The notes under the pieces: generated by a model
Told to the model about the DNA's origin: nothing
Seen by the model: only the letters and a program-made list of their open reading frames with translations
The model's database searches: none
Assembly (NCBI GenBank): GCA_031264325.1
Contig: JAISEE010000019.1
Span: 48,891-112,890, forward strand
Direction: 5' to 3'
Length of the DNA stretch: 64,000 nucleotides
Source: Endomicrobium sp.
GTDB lineage: Bacteria > Elusimicrobiota > Endomicrobiia > Endomicrobiales > Endomicrobiaceae
Position numbers and translations under genes: made by a program
Part shown: positions 51,742 to 63,032 of the stretch, one piece after another
Position numbering within the stretch: the stretch's first letter is position 1
Layout: the number at the start of each line of letters is the position of its first letter

Positions 51742-53028
51742 TCATTCTTTTAAGTCGTTTTTCAGTAACTTTTTTCTCAGTAAATCCAAAACCATATTGA
51801 CCGCTTTGTCTTTTATGACTTTTCGTGTTCCGATAAAATTGAATTTAAAACTTTCTGTTTTTTTATTGTCAGCAAAACCAACGTAAACTAAACCAATAGG
51901 CTTGTCTTTTGAGCCTCCACCAGGACCCGAAATACCGGTAACAGAGAAAGCGCAATCACTTTCTGAAAGACTCAAAATACCCCTAGCCATTTCTTTTGCA
52001 ATCTCTTCACTTACCGCCCCAAACTCCTTTAAAGTTTCTTTTTTTACACCAAGAATTTTAAATTTAGATTCATTGGAATAAGCTACTACAGATGTCTTAA
52101 AGTACAAAGAACTGTCTGCAATATCTGTAATAGCCGACGCTATTTTCCCTCCGGTGCAAGACTCTGCAAAAGAAATAGTTTTTTTTCTTTGAATAAGAAG
52201 TTTTCCCACAGCAGATGCAAGAGAATCATCGTTATATCCAAAAATATTATCTTTTAAAACTTCTCCAAATCTTAAATTTAAATTCTTTATTAAACTATCT
52301 ACAACAAGCTCGTCAATTCCTGAAACTGCAAATTTTATATCTACTATAGAATCGCTTGTCAAAATACCAAACTTCACAGCTTGCGGGTTTTCAAATTTAA
52401 CTTTCTCAATAACAGGTTCTATTGCTTCAGCAACTGCAGATTCTGATAAACCAAATATACGCAAAGAAAAATTTTTTCTTATAACAGAAGAATAACTTTT
52501 CAAAAACGGTTCAACGTTTTCTTCAAATATCGGCTTCATTTCTCTTGGAGGGCCCGGAAGCAAAAACAAAACTTTACGATACTTTTTTCCATTGCTCTTA
52601 AATTCAAAATGTAACATTTGTCCAGGTGCTGTGCCCAAACGATTTTCCAAAACTTTAGCACCGCTAATTATATTAGCTTGTCTTTCGTTAATTTTTGGTA
52701 TTTTTAAAATTGATTTTTTAACAAAGTATTCTTGTATAGACTTTAAAACTTTCTCGTCATAGTAAACTGGAAGCCCCAAGCATTTGGCTACAGCTTCAAC
52801 AGTTATGTCATCAAAAGTTGGACCAAGTCCTCCTGTTATAACTATTATATTACTTCTTACAAAAGCAACATTAAAATGCTTTACCAAATCTTGTTTTTTA
52901 TCACCTATGTTAGTAATATAAGACAACTCAAGGCCTATGTTAAATAATCTTAAACCTATATAAGTCGCATTTGTATTAAGCTTTCCAGATAGAAGTTCGC
53001 TTCCTGTACAAATAAGTTCTATTTTCAT
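51742..53028 (-). CDS. cinA: Competence/damage-inducible protein CinA (MoCF plus NMN deamidase domains)
   Basis: GSELLSG..NTNA, TGGLGPTFDDIT, LPGPPREM, AESCTGG, GAVSEE, TGISGPGGG. Confidence 0.95.
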   Translation of the reverse strand: MKIELICTGSELLSGKLNTNATYIGLRLFNIGLELSYITNIGDKKQDLVKHFNVAFVRSNIIVITGGLGPTFDDITVEAVAKCLGLPVYYDEKVLKSIQEYFVKKSILKIPKINERQANIISGAKVLENRLGTAPGQMLHFEFKSNGKKYRKVLFLLPGPPREMKPIFEENVEPFLKSYSSVIRKNFSLRIFGLSESAVAEAIEPVIEKVKFENPQAVKFGILTSDSIVDIKFAVSGIDELVVDSLIKNLNLRFGEVLKDNIFGYNDDSLASAVGKLLIQRKKTISFAESCTGGKIASAITDIADSSLYFKTSVVAYSNESKFKILGVKKETLKEFGAVSEEIAKEMARGILSLSESDCAFSVTGISGPGGGSKDKPIGLVYVGFADNKKTESFKFNFIGTRKVIKDKAVNMVLDLLRKKLLKNDLKE

Positions 53029-53032
53029 AAAG

Positions 53033-54112
53033 TTAAAACTCTATAACATCTATTATGCCTTTTATTATATCTTTCATATTTGCTTTAACTTTTTTAGGTT
53101 TTACAACATTATCATAAACTGCAGTGTCAGGATCTTTTAGACCATGTCCTGTAAGTATACACACAGCTTTCCCAAGCTTATTATTTTTAAAATATCCCAA
53201 CTTGACATATTTTATAAGTCCAGCAACAGATGACGCTGATGCAGGCTCACAAAAAATACCTTCTGTAGCAGCTACAATTCTATACGCCTCCAATATTTCT
53301 CCATCAGTTACTTTATCTATAACACCGTTTGATTCACTTCTTGCCTCTATTGCCGTTTTCCAAGAGGCAGGATTTCCTATTCTTATAGCAGTAGCTATTG
53401 TCTCAGGTTTTACTATAGAATGCCCTTCAACTATAGGAGCAGCGCCTGATGCTTGAAAACCCATCATTTTCGGAAGAGCATATTTAGAAGGTTCTGCTTT
53501 ATTATAATCTTTATATCCTTTCCAGTACGCCGTAATATTTCCAGCATTGCCAACAGGCATAAATTGATAATCAGGGGCTTCTCCTAAACTTTCGCATATT
53601 TCATATGCAGCTGTTTTTTGCCCATCAATCCTGTATGGATTAACAGAATTTACTAAAGTTATAGGATACTTCCCACTTAACTCTTTTGCTAAATTCAACG
53701 CATCGTCAAAATTGCCACTTATTTCCAAAACTTCAGCTCTGTGCATAACAGCCTGAGACAATTTTCCCAAAGCTACTTTTCCATCAGGTATAAGCACAAC
53801 GCATTTTATACCTGCCCTTGCAGCATAAGCTGCTGCTGACGCAGACGTATTTCCAGTAGAAGCGCAAATAATAACTTTACTTCCAACCTCAACAGCTTTT
53901 GAAACAGCCATTGTCATTCCTCTATCTTTAAACGATCCCGTAGGATTCATACCTTCAAACTTAAAATATATTTCACCGTTAATCCCTATTTTTAAAGAAA
54001 AATTTTTAGCTTTTATAAGTGGGGTATTCCCTTCATAAAGAGATATAACAGGAGTAGTATCGTTTACTGGCAAAAACTTTCTGTATTTTTCAATTAAGCC
54101 TTTGTAAACCAT
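53033..54112 (-). CDS. thrC: Threonine synthase
   Basis: [48 protein letters not shown]. Confidence 0.96.
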   Translation of the reverse strand: MVYKGLIEKYRKFLPVNDTTPVISLYEGNTPLIKAKNFSLKIGINGEIYFKFEGMNPTGSFKDRGMTMAVSKAVEVGSKVIICASTGNTSASAAAYAARAGIKCVVLIPDGKVALGKLSQAVMHRAEVLEISGNFDDALNLAKELSGKYPITLVNSVNPYRIDGQKTAAYEICESLGEAPDYQFMPVGNAGNITAYWKGYKDYNKAEPSKYALPKMMGFQASGAAPIVEGHSIVKPETIATAIRIGNPASWKTAIEARSESNGVIDKVTDGEILEAYRIVAATEGIFCEPASASSVAGLIKYVKLGYFKNNKLGKAVCILTGHGLKDPDTAVYDNVVKPKKVKANMKDIIKGIIDVIEF

Positions 54113-54548
54113 TCTATTTATCCTTTTTTTCAAAATACAATATTATAATATTAATATATTTTATTATTTTCAGACTACTAAAGCAATGAATAAAAAATAA
54201 ACTCGCGTTGAAAAAATATTAAAGTATAACATCTCATGCATTGCAGTCTAATTCGCAATATAATTTATATATTTATATAAATATTTATTCAAAAGTATAA
54301 CAGAATGTGAACTTCCAAAAAATACAACTTTACTTTTACTAGGGTAACTAGTAGGGTAATTAGATTGATAAGATATAAAAATGTGATTGTTTTTTTACTG
54401 CGTGGTTAAAACATTCTATTCGTAAAAAATTACAAAAAAAGTAGAAAGAAGATACTTTAAGATTAGACAGAGATATAATAAACACTATACTATAAATTAC
54501 TAAGTAATAAAATTTGCTACTCATATGTTATTTATAACTAATGGGAGG

Positions 54549-54623
54549 GGTGGCTGACGGGGCTTGAACCCGCAACCTTCGGTTCCACAAACCGACGCTC
54601 TATCCAATTGAGCTACAACCACC
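54549..54623 (-). tRNA. tRNA-His (GUG) with encoded G-1; CCA not encoded
   Basis: Acceptor GTGGTTG/CAGCCAC, anticodon arm TCGGT-TTGTGGA-ACCGA, T-loop TTCAAGC, discriminator C. Confidence 0.95.
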
Positions 54624-54630
54624 AACAAAA

Positions 54631-54704
54631 CGTCTCCGGCGTGAGTTGAACACGCAGCCTACTGCTTAGAAGGCAGTTGCTCTATCCAATTGAGCTACGG
54701 AGAC
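54631..54704 (-). tRNA. tRNA-Arg (UCU); CCA not encoded
   Basis: Acceptor GTCTCCG/CGGAGAC, anticodon arm ACTGC-CTTCTAA-GCAGT, T-loop TTCAACT. Confidence 0.95.
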
Positions 54705-54748
54705 ATCAATCTAATCCCCATTATAAGAGAGATGTTGAGATGAGAGAT

Positions 54749-54777
54749 ATTATAACAAAACATTATCATTGCATCAA
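54749..54777 (-). promoter_or_regulatory. Sigma70-type promoter for the tRNA-Arg/His pair
   Basis: TTGATG, 17-nt spacer, TATAAT with extended -10 TG, ~45 nt upstream of tRNA-Arg. Confidence 0.65.
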
Positions 54778-55663
54778 TAATAATAGCCTATCAATTTTGA
54801 ATTTATAAGTTAAATAAAGAGATAGTTTTATGCGTTGCGTATCAATAAAGAGTAAGCATGATAAATTTACGACTAAAATTATCTCTAAAAAATAAAACGA
54901 TTTTTACGCTTACAATTTAAGATTTGTTGAACAAAACAAGTATGCATAAACAAAAACCCATCCGAGTCAAAAAAAACAAAACTTCTTCCTAAATCTTCTA
55001 CAATTTAAGCTATACAACCGAATATACAAAAAAAACATTACTGCAGTTCTTAAAACAATAAGGAACCTTAAAAAAATTTTAAAGATAAACATATAGCTCT
55101 TTCAAAATAAAAAAAACGATAAAACTTAAAAACATACATAAAGCTTGCTGCTAAAATATGCTTATGTCTGAGACCTGCAAAATCATTTTTTATGTTTTGC
55201 ATTAAAAAACTTTTATCGCCAAGTTATCTCAATGACTTCAAAGTATCTAAATAAAATTTTTTAAATAGAAGAAAAATTTATTTGATATTATATAATAAAA
55301 TGCAAAATTATATAGCAAACTTTTAGTTTTAAAGGGCTAAACAACATAACACCGCCTTGTAAGATGTGATAATAAACTAAGAATATTTTGATATTTTAGC
55401 TTGTTTCTTGCTTTCTGTGTTTTATAGTATACCGCAGAAGTTGCAGAATATTTTATGGTTGTTATTTTCAGAAAACATATAAAGCTTGCTTTGCGTTTTC
55501 ATATAAAAATATTCAAAAGTCAAAAAGAGATTATTATTAAGCCCATTAAAGCTATAGATAAAAACAGTTATGGTCAGTTTTTTACAGTAATCAGTAACCT
55601 AAGTATATCTAATCCTAAACGTATGGCCTTAGTTATACTAAAATTGATATAATTCTTTCTAAT

Positions 55664-56652
55664 ATGAAAAAAAAACTGTTTCCTCTATAGGTGAATTTGA
55701 GCTTATAGAAATAATAAAACACAAATTTGCTAAACTTAACTATAACAAAAACATAGTTGTAGGGATCGGTGATGATTGTTTTTGCTTTAAAGCAGGCAAA
55801 AGTATTATTTGTATTACAAAAGATATGTTAGTAGAAAATGTTCATTTTAAAAAAAAATGGATAACTGCCAAAAATCTTGGACAAAAAGCAATTGAAGTGA
55901 ATGTAAGCGATATCGCCACTATGGGCAATGTGACCCCAGCGTACGTATTTATAGGATTGGGCATTCCAGCTGATACCACTAAAAAGTTTATTACAGACTT
56001 AGTCAATGGTTTTAAGACGGCTTGCAATAAATACCAAATGATAGTAGCAGGAGGCGATACAGTAAAAGCTGACAAAATAACGATATCAGTTACTGCTGTT
56101 GGAATAACAAAAAATAAGGTAGTAAAAAGAAGTAAAGCAAAACAAGGAAATTTGATAGGGGTAACAAATACTTTCGGAGACGCAGGAGGTGGAATTGCAC
56201 TGCTTTATAAATATGGAATAAAATATAAATATTCACAAGAAGAACGTTCATTAATAGCTAAGCAGAATACTCCAAATGCAAGGCTTAAAGAAGCACATAA
56301 AATAGCAAAATATTTAACGTCTTTAACAGACGCTTCAGATGGACTATATATTTCAATCGAGCTTCTTACAAAAAATTTTAATCTTGGAGCTGATATTTAT
56401 ATCGATAAAATTCCACTATCCGAAAATCTAAAAAAAGTTTTTAGAGACAAGAATAAATGTTTAGATTTTGCTCTTTTTGGCGGCGAAGATTATGAGCTTG
56501 TATTTACAGTTCCAAAGTCTAAAGCCAAAATAGTACAAAAACTTGTTCCGCAAGTTACATATATTGGCAAGATAAATTCATCAAAAAAAATTAAATATTT
56601 TCGCAATGACAAAGAAAAAAAAATTAAATATTTGGGATTTAAGCATTTCTAA
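55664..56652 (+). CDS. thiL: Thiamine-monophosphate kinase, frameshifted in an A9 tract right after the start codon
   Basis: Shifted frame from 55675 reads TVSSIGEFELI...VGIGDDC...KDMLVENVHF...NVSDIATMG...GGDT...DASDGL...GGEDYEL; the ATG 55664 frame stops after 8 codons. Confidence 0.85.
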
Positions 56653-57076
56653 AAAAAATGTTTTCATAACAAAAACTCCTCAAGAAACAAAAAATTTAGG
56701 TACGACTTTTGCAACATTATTAAAGGGCGGAGATATTATATTTTTAAAAGGCAACTTAGGCAGTGGCAAAACAACATTTACACAAGGCGTTGTAAAAGCA
56801 TTTGGCAATAAAACCTTTGCCAAAAGTTCAAGTTTTATGCTTGTAAACGAATATAAAGTTACAAACAACTTAAAACTCTTCCATTTAGATCTGTATAGAT
56901 TGAAACCATCTAATGTATGGGATATAGGCATAGAAGAATATATTTATAGCAATAATATTTCGCTTATAGAATGGGCTGACAGACTCACTGGCGCTGAAAA
57001 AGACAATCACTGGAATGTTAAAATTGAAAACCTCATCATTGGAAGAAAAATTATAATAGAAAATACTAAAAGATAA
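56606..57076 (+). CDS. tsaE: t6A biosynthesis ATPase TsaE
   Basis: LKGNLGSGKTTF, SSFMLVNEY, HLDLYRL, LIEWA. Confidence 0.93.
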   Translation: MTKKKKLNIWDLSISKKNVFITKTPQETKNLGTTFATLLKGGDIIFLKGNLGSGKTTFTQGVVKAFGNKTFAKSSSFMLVNEYKVTNNLKLFHLDLYRLKPSNVWDIGIEEYIYSNNISLIEWADRLTGAEKDNHWNVKIENLIIGRKIIIENTKR

Positions 57077-57090
57077 CAAAAAAATTATAG

Positions 57091-57759
57091 ATGAAAATTT
57101 TAGCTGTTGAAACTTCAGGCAACACATTTAGTGTGGCGTTAAACGAAAACAACATTACTATAGCATCGTGTTATTATGAACATAGACACATACATTCCGA
57201 AATAATTATTCCTTCTGTAGAAAGGCTACTAAAAAATACCAATATTTCCATTGAAAGCATAGATAAATTTGCCGTATCTGTAGGCCCAGGAAGTTTTACT
57301 GGAATAAGAGTCGGTATGACAGCAATCAAAACATTTGCACAAATATTAAATAAACCCATAGCAGCCATAGACTCCCTAATGATTTTGAAAAATTCTATTA
57401 TTGAACAAAAAGGTGTTAAAATAGTTGCGGCAATAGATGCATTGAGAAGTGAGGTTTATATTAAACAAAAAAATCAAATTATTATTAAAAACATAGATTT
57501 ATTTATAAAAAATTTAAAGATGTGTAAAAATAAAATTCTTATAGTAGGAAATGCGTCAGAAATATACAGAGAAAAATTTATAAAAAGTTTAGGGAAATAC
57601 AGTGTTTCTCTGCCACATATAATGAATGTGCCAAAAGCTGAAGTTTTGGCTTCTCTGGCATACAGTCTGCCAGCTTTAAATTATACAGATATAAAACCTC
57701 TTTACATACGTCGCTCTTGGGCAGAAGAAATAAAAAAAAATAGAAAACCTTATCTTTAA
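57091..57759 (+). CDS. tsaB: t6A biosynthesis protein TsaB
   Basis: MKILAVETS, HSE, GPGSFTGIRVG, IDALRSEVY, PLYIR. Confidence 0.94.
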   Translation: MKILAVETSGNTFSVALNENNITIASCYYEHRHIHSEIIIPSVERLLKNTNISIESIDKFAVSVGPGSFTGIRVGMTAIKTFAQILNKPIAAIDSLMILKNSIIEQKGVKIVAAIDALRSEVYIKQKNQIIIKNIDLFIKNLKMCKNKILIVGNASEIYREKFIKSLGKYSVSLPHIMNVPKAEVLASLAYSLPALNYTDIKPLYIRRSWAEEIKKNRKPYL

Positions 57760-57849
57760 GCTGTTTTACTTTAATTAAATTTTTATGCTTATGTTATTTC
57801 TTTTCTTCCTTAAGATTTTTTTTAGTAATTTTTAAATATTTTTAGATTC

Positions 57850-58280
57850 TGTTTTTAAATTTTTTAACGTTTTTTGATAAGTGTTCATTTCATCGTATTT
57901 ATATATAATATATATCTAATACTATAACTTATCTTCAAACGCCATACGTTTTAAAATTATAAAAAACTCTTGCTTATTGTGGGGGCATAACGGGACATCG
58001 GGAGACATAACGAACAATCAGCTTTCCATAATCTATTCTATAACTCTACAAGTAGAAAAAATATATCTTTTTCTTATCTAATTTAAAATTACAACATCTT
58101 CAAATTTAAAACCTTCTAAATATCTCCAAAAAAAACAGCGTTTAATAATTTTTTACTAAACATGTTTGTTGTTATTGTTAAATCTTTGACATCTAAAATA
58201 ACTTTTGCCAATAGATTTCTTATCATCATCTACTTTAGTTGCTTCTTACTGCTAATTTAAAAAATCAAATGCTTTTATTA
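57850..58280 (-). pseudogene. rsfS: Ribosome silencing factor RsfS (Iojap) remnant
   Basis: 'DDKKS', 'VILDVKDLT', 'IDYGKLIV' (58012-58035), 'EF.YN...W'; nadD-yqeK-LCP-rsfS synteny. Confidence 0.75.
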
Positions 58281-58285
58281 TCAAT

Positions 58286-59374
58286 TTAACCCCATCTTTT
58301 ATCAAAACTATCGTAAATCTTACAATCTTTTCCAATAAACACATTCATGTCAGCATAAACACTTGAGTTGTAAGAAACTATTATCTTCCCTACGCCTAAA
58401 ATATTAAATATTTTTAATGCCTGTATAAAATTCCCTTTATAGTCCTTTATTAAAGTTACATCGTACACAATAGGAAAACTTCCCCAGTCCAAAACGTCAA
58501 ATTTATTTGCTCTTAAAAGCCATGTTACTTTTTCAGCCATACGAAACTGTCCTGAAGCATTTTTTATATCAATTGCAACATTTTTTTTATTTATATTTAC
58601 ATCGTTATAATATATTTTACCCAAGAACTCTTCAATATCTTGTTTGTTGGGCTCAATTCGCATTCTTGTGTACTTTACAGGCATATCGCAAAGCATAACT
58701 ATAGGCTTCTGTTTTTTTATTCTAAAAATCAAAGCAGTTAACAATATTTTCGAAATATTTGTATTTATATATTTATAATTTTTTTGAATTTTAAAAAATC
58801 TATAAGGAAGTAAGCATAAAACTCGTTCTATTGTTTCTAAACAACTCAATAATTCCAAATCTTTATTTTCAAACTTATTTACAGCTAATAGAGATTTAAT
58901 ATTTTCATCACTACCAAACATATCGTTAAACGTTTTAAAGCTCATATTGATATAAAAATCTGATGAAGCGGCATTACAGATAACTTCATATAAATCCAAA
59001 TAAAATTTATTTACAGCACTGTCTAAACCTTTTTTTACATTTTCATAAAATAGAGTTTTTAAACTTCTTGCTTTTTCTTTTTTCTTAAAAACAACAGCTT
59101 CAGTATTCACTCTTAAAATTTTTAATAATTTGTTTTTACAGTCATATATAATTTGGTATGAATCAAAACGATCTGCAAATGCACCGTCTAAATCATACAA
59201 TAGAACTGAAAAAGAAAAACTATCATTATCTTTGATTTTTCTAAATACTACATCAAGTTTACATACACAGATATATACTACAACAAAAACAATCAAAAAT
59301 AGGCAAATAGTAATAACCTTTATTTTGCCAATTTTTTTTAATGTTTGAAACATCGCCAATTCCACACATCTCAC
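58286..59374 (-). CDS. LytR C-terminal domain / degenerate LCP family protein
   Basis: N-terminal TM; C-terminal 'IDIKNASGQFRMAEKVTWLLRANKFDVLDWG...DMNVFIGKD' LytR_C pattern. Confidence 0.75.
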   Translation of the reverse strand: MRCVELAMFQTLKKIGKIKVITICLFLIVFVVVYICVCKLDVVFRKIKDNDSFSFSVLLYDLDGAFADRFDSYQIIYDCKNKLLKILRVNTEAVVFKKKEKARSLKTLFYENVKKGLDSAVNKFYLDLYEVICNAASSDFYINMSFKTFNDMFGSDENIKSLLAVNKFENKDLELLSCLETIERVLCLLPYRFFKIQKNYKYINTNISKILLTALIFRIKKQKPIVMLCDMPVKYTRMRIEPNKQDIEEFLGKIYYNDVNINKKNVAIDIKNASGQFRMAEKVTWLLRANKFDVLDWGSFPIVYDVTLIKDYKGNFIQALKIFNILGVGKIIVSYNSSVYADMNVFIGKDCKIYDSFDKRWG

Positions 59375-59377
59375 GTA

Positions 59378-59745
59378 TCTATAGTTTAAAAAAAATCAAC
59401 AGCTATCGTAAAAACATAAGGAAAACCTTTTCTGGAAAGTCGCACCTCAAAAAACCTTGTTTAAGTTTTTCTTTTGCCATTTTCTCTTAAAACTATTTAA
59501 ACACTCCAAAATGCTCACATGTTTTTCATACCAAACTCTCTACTCTGCCATAGACTTTGCGCAATTATGTAAAATTCCGCAAGTCATTCTTTTAAGAGCA
59601 TTAACCCCATTTTTCTACAAACAAAAACTGTAAGATTTATAAACACACTATCAAATAGTATTATCCTAAACGTTTGAGACGAACTTAGACGCAAATATTA
59701 AACACTCAAAATCTCTTTCTTTCACATCAAGTGTCTGTTTATGTT
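59378..59745 (-). pseudogene. yqeK: YqeK HD-domain symmetrical Ap4A hydrolase remnant
   Basis: 'GILHNCAKSM' (59549-59578; HD mutated to HN) and 'LSSSQTF'; directly after nadD; shortened and frame-broken. Confidence 0.75.
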
Positions 59746-60324
59746 TCATTTATACAACCCACGCTCAACAATATAATTATAAACATTTTTATCTAAAAGC
59801 ATCTCAAATTTTTTAAAACCTTCTTTTATCATTTGTCTTACTCCTGTAGATGAAATATCTTCAGTTTCATTTTGAGCAACTATGCACCGATCCAAATATT
59901 TTATGTCTTTTTTTATATTTATACATGGTCTTTTAACAACCATAAATTTATAGTGACTTGCCAAATAATCTATATTTTTCCACGTAGGCAACTCTAAAAG
60001 AGAATCTAAGCCTATAATCATATATATCTCATCTTTTGGATACAAACTTTGAAAATAATCTAATGTTTGATATGAATAAACTACTTTCTTTTTTAAAACT
60101 TCATATAAACTTATTTCAATCTGTGACAAACCTTTAGTAGCAATCTTCAACATTGCAACTCTGTCATCAGTACTTGCATACTGTTTATTTTTATGTGGAG
60201 GAGTATGGGCTATGACAAAAATAACTTTCTTGAAATCACATGACTTTAACGCAAATTTTACAAGCTGAATGTGCGATTTATGGACAGGATCAAAAGATCC
60301 ACCAAAAATGGCTATTTTACTCAT
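59746..60324 (-). CDS. nadD: Nicotinate-nucleotide adenylyltransferase
   Basis: IFGGSFDPVHKSH, PPHK, IIGLDS, WKN, ISSTGVR. Confidence 0.95.
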   Translation of the reverse strand: MSKIAIFGGSFDPVHKSHIQLVKFALKSCDFKKVIFVIAHTPPHKNKQYASTDDRVAMLKIATKGLSQIEISLYEVLKKKVVYSYQTLDYFQSLYPKDEIYMIIGLDSLLELPTWKNIDYLASHYKFMVVKRPCINIKKDIKYLDRCIVAQNETEDISSTGVRQMIKEGFKKFEMLLDKNVYNYIVERGLYK

Positions 60325-60967
60325 TTATATTTCCTATATTTTGCTTTGCTTCTACCTCAAGCCAAAAACCATCATTCCCTTTTCAAAGGCACAGCTATAT
60401 TTATCCAACCTTCGCTTTTTAACTATATTAACAACCTTTCCTTAGACAAATCTAAAAACTCCTGGACTATTTTTTTATGAACCACTTCCTTATAATTGAT
60501 GACAACAGCACAACAACTTTTTAACTGAAAATTCACAACAGCTTTTTAAAACAAAGCACAAACATATAATTAAAATATAAATAAAATAACAGCTCTTTAG
60601 CATAAAGGTTTCTTTCAAAAGAATATTTTGTTCTATTTTTTGTCATGCTTTAACGTACAAAAATGCATATTTTATGCCTTTATCTCTAGAAAGAAGCACT
60701 TTAAAATTTTTTCTATGCTTAATATTGCTTTCCAAATCACTACAGTTCTATAAATATTATGTGTTTAAATTATATAATAATAAACATAAAAATCAGTATA
60801 AATTTTCTCATCATATTAATTTTCTTAAAAGATGTGTGAAATACAACAAATTTTATCATTTTCAGTTAAAAGCGATAAAAGCCTTACAGCAAACTCTGGC
60901 AACGCTCTCTAATTGTGTATAATTAGTATTGCATAACATAAATATAACATATAACTACACTAAACCT

Positions 60968-62257
60968 CTACAAACCTTCCATACTTGAAAGCTCCATTTG
61001 CTTCAAAAAATCTTTATTGGACTTTGAGTTTAAAACCCTTTTTCTTAATTCTTCCATAATTTCTATGGAATTCATTGAATTCATCCATTTTCTGAGTATC
61101 CACATTTTATTTTTTTCATCTTCGCTTAAAAGAAGTTCTTCTTTTCTAGTGCCAGAACGTAAGAGATCTATAGCAGGAAATACTCTTCTATCAGCGAGCT
61201 TCCTGTCAAGATAAATTTCACAATTGCCAGTACCTTTAAACTCTTCAAATATAACATCATCCATTCGACTGCCAGTTTCAACAAGAGCAGTACCTATTAT
61301 TGTTAAACTACCCCCTTCTTCGATATTTCTCGCCGCACCAAAAAATCTTTTTGGCCTCTGTAGGGCATTTGAGTCTAATCCTCCAGAAAGAACTCTCCCG
61401 CTTGAAGGCATAGCCACATTATAAGCTCTAGCAAGCCTAGTAATAGAATCCAAAAGAACCACAACATCTCTACCATTTTCAACCATTCTTTTGGCTTTTT
61501 CTATAACCATCTCAGAAACCTGTATGTGCCTGTCTGATGATTCATCAAAAGTTGAAGAAATAACCTCACCATTTACAGAGCGCTGCATATCAGTAACTTC
61601 TTCAGGTCTCTCATCTATGAGCAACACCATAAGCACTATGTCTGAATTATTTTCAGTAATTGCGTTAGCTATTTTCTGCAAAAGTACAGTTTTACCACTT
61701 CTTGGAGCAGCATTAACAAGTACCCTCTGCCCTTTCCCTATAGGTACCAGCATATCAATAACTCTTGTGGACACTTCTTCTTTTTTTGTTTCAAGAATAA
61801 TCTTTTCATTAGGGTATAAAGGTGTCAAATTATCAAACAAAATTCTGTCCCTTATACCTTCCAAGTTCTCCTGCCCATTAATTGATTTAACTTGAAGCAA
61901 AGCAAAGTATCTCTCAGACTGAGACTGCGGAGGACGAACATATCCAGCTACAGTATCGCCTTTTCTTAAAGCAAACTTCTTTATTTGAGATGGGGAAATA
62001 TAGATATCATCAGGACCTGGCAGATAGTTGTAATCCGGAGATCTCAAAAATCCAAAACCATCAGGTAAAATTTCTAAAACACCTTCATCATAAACTTGTT
62101 TATTCTCTTTTGACTGTTCCTCAAAAATTCTAGCTATCAATTCCTGCTTCCTTAAACCTGCGACACTGTCAAGTTGAAGTTTTTTTGCCGTCTCTATCAG
62201 CTCTGCCATTGTTAGTTTAGACAAAATTGACATATTCATAGATTTATCTTTTTCCAT
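60968..62257 (-). CDS. rho: Transcription termination factor Rho
   Basis: [57 protein letters not shown]. Confidence 0.98.
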   Translation of the reverse strand: MEKDKSMNMSILSKLTMAELIETAKKLQLDSVAGLRKQELIARIFEEQSKENKQVYDEGVLEILPDGFGFLRSPDYNYLPGPDDIYISPSQIKKFALRKGDTVAGYVRPPQSQSERYFALLQVKSINGQENLEGIRDRILFDNLTPLYPNEKIILETKKEEVSTRVIDMLVPIGKGQRVLVNAAPRSGKTVLLQKIANAITENNSDIVLMVLLIDERPEEVTDMQRSVNGEVISSTFDESSDRHIQVSEMVIEKAKRMVENGRDVVVLLDSITRLARAYNVAMPSSGRVLSGGLDSNALQRPKRFFGAARNIEEGGSLTIIGTALVETGSRMDDVIFEEFKGTGNCEIYLDRKLADRRVFPAIDLLRSGTRKEELLLSEDEKNKMWILRKWMNSMNSIEIMEELRKRVLNSKSNKDFLKQMELSSMEGL

Positions 62258-62432
62258 TAACTCACTCCTTGGAGTCAAAATACTATACAAAAACTTAAAA
62301 AATTGTAAAAATATAGTATAGTTTAAAATTCCATTAGCTATTGCTGATTTGATTTATTTTGTTTGTTATTCTTGACTTGTGTAAAAATCTTAGTTATAGA
62401 AGATATTAATACAATATAATGAAATATTATCA

Positions 62433-63032
62433 TTATTTAAAACTAGATGTCAATAATCCGTATATATTTTTTATTTTTTTTTTCAGACTTCTTTTAGAAC
62501 CTGAATTATCTACTACAAAATCGGAAAGTTTAATTTTTTCTTCCATAGACATTTGTGAAGAAGCTATTCTTTTTTTTATCTCATCATCGCTTAATCCATC
62601 ACGAAGTGCCAAGCGTTCAATTTGAATATCATAAGGAATTTTAATCGTAACAATTTTATCGCAAACTTTACCTAAGTCTGTTTCAAAAAGAAGGCGAGCA
62701 TTGACAACGATAACTTCTTTTTCCACAATTTTTTTTAAAATGATTTCGTTTATACGAAAAAATATACGACTATGAAGAATTTCCTCAACTTTGAACTTTG
62801 AACTAACGTCAGAAAAAATTATATCGGCAAGCTTTTTTCTATTTAAAGTCCCATCTACAGATAAAATATCATCCCCAAAAACCTTTACAATTTCTTTCAA
62901 AGCTGGTTTGTCTTTACAAGTAAGCTCTTTTGCAACAGCATCCGCATCTATGCAAAATGCCCCTAACTCCTCAAAATATTTAGCACTTTCACTTTTACCG
63001 GAAGCAATATCACCTGTTAAACCTATTATCAT
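62433..63032 (-). CDS. coaE: Dephospho-CoA kinase
   Basis: MIIGLTGDIASGKS, IDAD, LNRKKLA, LLFE, RDG; true start ATG 63032. Confidence 0.93.
   Translation of the reverse strand: MIIGLTGDIASGKSESAKYFEELGAFCIDADAVAKELTCKDKPALKEIVKVFGDDILSVDGTLNRKKLADIIFSDVSSKFKVEEILHSRIFFRINEIILKKIVEKEVIVVNARLLFETDLGKVCDKIVTIKIPYDIQIERLALRDGLSDDEIKKRIASSQMSMEEKIKLSDFVVDNSGSKRSLKKKIKNIYGLLTSSFK

Noticed and set aside
54800-55652. ORF 55455-55652 and spacer next to the tRNAs, considered as an integrated element
   Set aside because: No integrase and no duplicated tRNA 3' end; looks like unidentifiable decayed DNA
60325-60960. Possible proB/proA remnant upstream of nadD, and ORF 60674-60922
   Set aside because: Similarity too degenerate to call; the ORF is low-complexity AT-rich sequence
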